Positions 58,321-64,000 of a stretch of 64,000 bases of DNA are shown here, piece by piece (position 1 is the stretch's first letter; the number at the start of each line of letters is the position of its first letter). Source of the DNA: the human T2T-CHM13v2.0 reference genome, Homo sapiens. The position numbers were made by a program, and so were the translations under genes. The notes under the pieces are model-generated. The model saw nothing but the letters and a program-made list of their open reading frames with translations, was not told the DNA's origin and did no database searches. Where the stretch lies: the NCBI RefSeq assembly GCF_009914755.1, contig NC_060928.1; one strand, written 5' to 3'.

Positions 58321-60701
58321 GTAGGATGTTATCCTAAAACAGAAAAAAGAATGCCGACAAACTAGACACATGAGCATACGGGCCTCATTGATTTATGTTT
58401 AAAATGTCTTTTATTTACTATATATGGCTCTTTTATTTTGATTCTCTGGGCATTAACGATACATAGCAGATTTTTCCAGTTAACTAGTGCGGTAGGAGCT
58501 GGGTTTATGTTAGCTCTAAATCATTTTAATTTGATTATTTAGAATCATGTGAGTAAAGAAATAACAGTTGAACAGAGCTTTGTAGAAAACCATGAAACTT
58601 GAGACCCCAGAATTTATAATTCTCTTAAGATTCCTTGGCCCTCAAATTCTTTTTTAGGGCAAGATAAGGAAAAACAAATACATTAAAAAGAACTTCTCTT
58701 ACTAAACTGTGTTCCTGTTTTTAGCAAGTCACCCAATTTCTGTGATGTTTACCTTATCTATAAAAAAGGACTACTCTAAAATTCTTAAGCCTGTGGGCAA
58801 TCATGAGGTCTTGCCCAAATACTTAGGAGTAGGAGTAAACATGTCATGTCGTTAAGATGCTATTTGCCTGGGGACTTGGCAGCCTTACTTCTCAGTTTCC
58901 ACTCAGTCATTCCGTGGCTATTTATATACAGCTGAGTGTTGGCCTTACAGGTATTCTGTGTTTGAGATCAATTCAAAAGTGGAGCATCTGTTGACAAAAA
59001 ATACATACATACACATGTAAACTCACATATGTGGATAACTCTATTTTTACTACACTATATTTAAGCGCCTTGGGTATTTTCTTCTTTCTTTATCTTTATC
59101 CCTCCAAAAATATACTGTTGGCTCTAGATTACTTTCAATAACAGAAGGAGGAAGACCACAGATAACCCATTACCACAGACTCTCCTTTCTTTTCTTAAGT
59201 GTTGAGGCAGCACTGGGCGAGTTGGGGGGAGTGGTGAAGCCGTGCACCCAGGTGTGGTTTTATTCTTGTTAGTGAGTCTGCCCCTCTCTCTCCTTCTCAT
59301 TTTCTCCACCAGGAGGTCTTCAAGGCTATTCAGGATAATTAGTCCAAAATACTAAATGATATCTTGCCTCACTGGTATTGAATCATGTATAGCTTGAAAT
59401 TCCAAAAATAATGCCCATTTATTTTAAATCTAAATATTCTATTTAGATGTGAACAAATGATGTAACTCATTTGGAAAAAGTTTTTATCTATGACTATTTT
59501 TCCCAAGAAATATTATATATTTTGGGATAAGAGAAATTATTACTATTGTTAATTTATTACATTGATGAAAAGAATAGTTAATATCAGTGCCTTGAAAACA
59601 CTGAGTTAAAATTTAACTCAGAATTGTTATTAGAATTCTTCATCATGTAAAGAAAGGCTTCCTGCATTTTGATTTTGCTGATTTGCTTTTAGAAATATAG
59701 TTCCTTGGGTTAAGAACATTGGAGTTTTTTATATACCCTAAAAATGTCAGTGCCTGGCATATAAGAACCATTTAATAGAGGTGCTGTTTTTACTATAAGT
59801 TTAACACCAAAAGTCAGCAGCTTTTAAATTCAGTATTCATATTACCTGCGTAAAGCAGGGTTTCTTCCTTCATGGAGTTTATAATTCTAATAAAAATGAA
59901 TCAAATACTATTACTATTCTCTTTTTCAGATGGCATGGGTAACACTAGCAATAACTGAAACATAAAATTAAAAGTTAAAAACAAAGAGAAATAATATTCT
60001 TCAGGATTATATATTAGCTCTAAGAAATGATACATTGCATTGTTTTTAGTGAGATGGAGCTAGAAAAAGCAGTGGAAAGAGGGAAAGTCCACTTACCAAA
60101 AAGATAAAAAGAATTAAACCTTGGATACTAAACTTAGAGCACAAGTTTTATGCCAAAAAAAAAAAAACAAAAACACGACATCTTGGAGAAAATAGAGGAA
60201 GATGTGAATAAATAAAGATCTTTCTTCTGACTGGAGATACTAAATATAATAAAGATGATTTCTATATAAACTTAAATTCAGTATAAAGAATTTATATAAA
60301 GAGATCTTTGGGTTGTCCAGTGGTGGGTGAGTGGTCTTGTCAGATTGCTCTAGCATTCAAGCAGAGGCTGTTGGGTCTGTTTTCTGATTGATGTTGTACA
60401 TTCAAAGCATCTTTGTGTAGAAAGCTTCTAGCCCCAACTTCCATTCAAACCAGGAAGCAAATCCCCTCTCCAGCATCTGTGTGAGGTTGTCTTGTAGTCT
60501 CTGCCTGTATTTCTTAGCTATGGCTCAGAAGCTGTTTATTGGAGTGAACTCTCAGGATAAGCAAGTTCTAACAGGTTGATTAGGATGATCAAATCTGGAC
60601 ATTAAAAGAGAAGCAATCGTGTTTAAACTCTAGGATGCACTTAATGACAATGGAAGCTTGCTTTCTAGGAGTATGACATGGTTTAATTTGTTAATTTGCA
60701 G

Positions 60702-60829
60702 GGTACGCATTCTGAGGAATCCAGGTTTGGCATCCTCCACTTACATCTGCAGCCTTTGGAAATGAAAAGGGTTGGCGTAGTTTTCACACCTGCTGACTAT
60801 GGAAAAGTTACCTCACTCATACTAATCCG
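60702..60829 (+). CDS. TMEM131L: TMEM131L coding exon, 128 nt ([43 protein letters not shown])
   Basis: tttgcag|GGT ... CCG|gtaggt. Confidence 0.94.
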
Positions 60830-62080
60830 GTAGGTGTGTTCCTGTTGTAGAATCTGTTTCTTTCTCAATGACTCATCTGTGTAAATCTCTTTAGCTGATA
60901 GTTGACGTTCACTTCTCAGTCAGACCTTCAGGATGAAGGCTGTGTTGCGGGGTAGGAAGAAGTGGAAGCTGAGAAAGAGGTCACTGGAGGCTTGACAAGT
61001 AATCCCCAAGGCCTCAGTCTCCTCTCTTCTCCAATAGGGAGTGTGCGTGCATGTCTCCAGGAGAGGTAGTGCTTTCCACACAGCTTCTCGTCTGTGCTGT
61101 CTCAAAAGGCAGAACACACTCATGCAGATCTACTCCTCTGTCCTTAGCATAGAAAGATCGTTAAAGGACTGCTGTAGATATTTTCAGTCTTTAGTATTTG
61201 AACAAACTTATATCACTTTCATCTCTTTTTTGCTCCTGGAATTCTCAGTAGCCCAAAGGACAATAGAAAAGGTGTTTCATTGAGCCCATTGGCTCTTTTT
61301 ATTCCTTTTCTTCCTTTGAAATGAGTTACTGCTGACTGATTTAAGCATGCTTAATGTGTTTATTTTTTAATTGTTTTCATCTTTAGGTAGTCTTGAGAGT
61401 CTTTTAAAAATTTACAGTAAATACAGATGTATCTTGAAGCTCTCCTCATCAGTGAGAAGTCCAACACAAATTTAATTTTTAATAAATGACATTTGAGTTA
61501 TTTTTTCAAAACTTGTAGTATCAGATCACCTGGCAAAAAATTTATTATTCAGAATTTTCTTTAATATATAAGTTTGTTCTTTTGCAAATGAATGATACTA
61601 AAAAAAGTTAAAGTTCTTAAGAGTTTATTCATTAAGCATTTTAACTAAAAATACTTAATGCCCTGTTGACTTAGTGTTTCTTTTTTTGTTTATTAATTTT
61701 TTTCTTTTTTTAATTAATTTTTTTTTTGATTTAGTGTTTCATTTAAACCGACTCTTCTTTGAAGAACTAAGGTCCTAGGAAGTACAGAGACAAACTTTAT
61801 TTCATCCCAGGTTGAACTATCTCAGGCTTGAAAAGAAAGTCTAAATTTTTTGTAGAAATTAATTTACTTTTGGTGGTTTCTGTCCTGTAAATAACATCAG
61901 TCATCTATTGCCCCATCACTTAAAGGTTTTTAAATGGTTAATAAAGGCTTTTTAATCCTTTAAAGATGTAAAGCTATTTCAGTGTATTCTATATAATTAC
62001 AAAAGTAAAATGAATTATCTTGCTGCTTCTATAGTATTTACATTATGAGGAGTGGCTTTCACTCCAATATGCATCATTTA

Positions 62081-62405
<325 letters not shown>

Positions 62406-63034
62406 ATAATTTCCACCTTTTTGTCCTGGAATTTCAACTAATGAAAAGACACATGCTAGTCTGAATTACTATTTGATAAAAACCTGACTAGATACATGTT
62501 ATTATTTATGGGGTAATATTTTAAATCTTCACTTCAAAAGAAACAGTAGAATTTTACGTCTAGTATCATCCCTAAGGCAGAATTTCTTACGATTACTATG
62601 AAAACACCTTAATTCACCCTGTAAATAAGTTTTATCATTTTGTCTAAATTTGTTAGTGTTTGTCTGTGTCCCCCAGTTTATTTCTTCAGTTTTTTTTTTC
62701 TTGAATGTCTGATCACTACCCTGGTTTCTAGTTATTAGAAAAATATATGAGGCTACATGTGTGGGCTGTGGTTGGAAGGGGGTCATCATTGTTTACATGT
62801 TCTTGCTGCAGTCAGCTCACTTTGGTACTTGGCAGTGGCAGCTTTTCTTGCCTGTGGCTGCACCCTTATTCTGTGAGATGGAAGAAGATACCACACTATT
62901 TAAATTGATTTTCTTTTTTAAAACTTCAAAAAAGTTTAAAAATATTCTTGGTAACTGGCAATATTTAAATTCAAGTACATTGTACCTTGTGACTCCATGT
63001 AATGCCTTTTTATATCTATTTCCTTTCACTACAG

Positions 63035-63177
63035 GAATAACTTGACTGTTATTGACATGATTGGCGTGGAAGGATTTGGAGCAAGAGAGTTATTAAAAGT
63101 GGGTGGAAGACTTCCTGGTGCAGGAGGCTCACTCCGATTTAAGGTGCCCGAGTCCACGCTGATGGACTGCCGTAGAC
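63035..63177 (+). CDS. TMEM131L: TMEM131L coding exon, 143 nt ([47 protein letters not shown])
   Basis: actacag|G ... GAC|gtgagt; IRNNLT motif typical of the TMEM131 family. Confidence 0.95.
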
Positions 63178-63437
63178 GTGAGTTCATATGTGTGGCACTC
63201 TGACAGGGGAGGTTGGCATTAAAGCTGAGAGTGAAAGGATTCTATAAATTCTAAATTTTAAATTCTAAAATTTTAAATTTTTAAATTCTAAAAATTTATA
63301 GTAAATTCATTGTATTGATGCAAATAATTAGGCAAACATTTGTGCATATATAGGCTGGTACCCCTGGATTAGAGTGGTATCTTTAGATATTTAACTCAAC
63401 TTAGATAATAGACATAAGTTAGATAGTGGTGCAGGCC

Positions 63438-63861
63438 TTTATTAGTCTGTTCTCATATTGCTGTAAAGAAATTCCTGAAACTGGGTAATTTATGAACAAA
63501 AGAGTTTTAATTGGCTCATGGCTCTGCAGGTTGTGTAGGAAGCATGATGCTGGCATCCGCTCAGCTTCTGAGGAAGCCTCAGGAAACTTACAATTATGAC
63601 AGATGATGAAGGGAAAGCAGGCACATCTTACATAGCTAAAGCAGGAGCACGAGAGGGGAGAAGGTGTCACACACTTTTAAACAACCAGATCTCACGACAA
63701 CTCACTATCACAATGACAGCATTGCGGGAGTCGGGGGAGGGTGCTAAACCATGAGAGACCACCCCCATGATCCATTGACCTCCCATCAGGTCCCACCTCC
63801 AACATTGGGGATTAGAATTGAACATGAGATTTTGGTGAGGACGCAGATCCAAACCGTATCA
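63438..63861 (-). mobile_element. MSTA/MSTB MaLR solo LTR
   Basis: tattagtctgttctcatattgctgtaaagaaattcctgaaactgggtaattt ... gagattttggtgaggacgcagatccaaaccgtatca. Confidence 0.88.
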
Positions 63862-63975
63862 GCACCTGTAGTCCCAGCTACTCAAGAGGCTAGGGTGAGA
63901 GAATCACTTGAGCTTAGGAGTTTTAGGCCAACCTGAGCAACACAGCAAGACCCCCTCTCTAAAACAAACAAAAAA
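63862..63975 (+). mobile_element. FLAM/Alu monomer (3' part)
   Basis: gcacctgtagtcccagctactcaagaggct...caacacagcaagaccccctctctaaaa. Confidence 0.8.
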
Positions 63976-64000
63976 GATACAGAGGGAAAAAAGATTGTGT

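Noticed and set aside
63238-63305. AT-rich quasi-palindromic repeat (aaattct/aaatttt)n
   Set aside because: Low-complexity slippage product with no evidence of function.

Overview
Human (primate) genomic DNA. The window is AT-rich and repeat-dense and lies inside one large + strand gene that I recognise from its translated exons as TMEM131L (KIAA0922). I traced 18 consecutive coding exons between 14516 and 63177. All have GT-AG boundaries and their phases join into one open frame of 2024 nt (about residues 80-755, the glycosylated lumenal Ig/PapD-like region). The start codon, transmembrane segment and C-terminus lie outside the window. The introns hold about 30 Alus (about 2:1 antisense), solo LTRs (MLT2A, MER41A, MLT1A, MST), L1M/L2/MIR remnants and DNA-transposon fossils (MER2, MER44/Tigger7, MER58A, MER20). 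Nearly all ORFs in the supplied track are Alu-derived or chance ORFs. I found no evidence of a new multi-gene system. The best leads concern RNA processing: a candidate TDP-43-type cryptic exon next to a UG repeat, a candidate AluJ poison exon, a NAGNAG acceptor, an acceptor that is also a donor motif, inverted Alu pairs around exons, and an internal strong-Kozak ATG. There is also a four-layer nested retroelement cluster. Repeat subfamily calls and residue numbering come from memory of consensus and reference sequences and were not checked by alignment.
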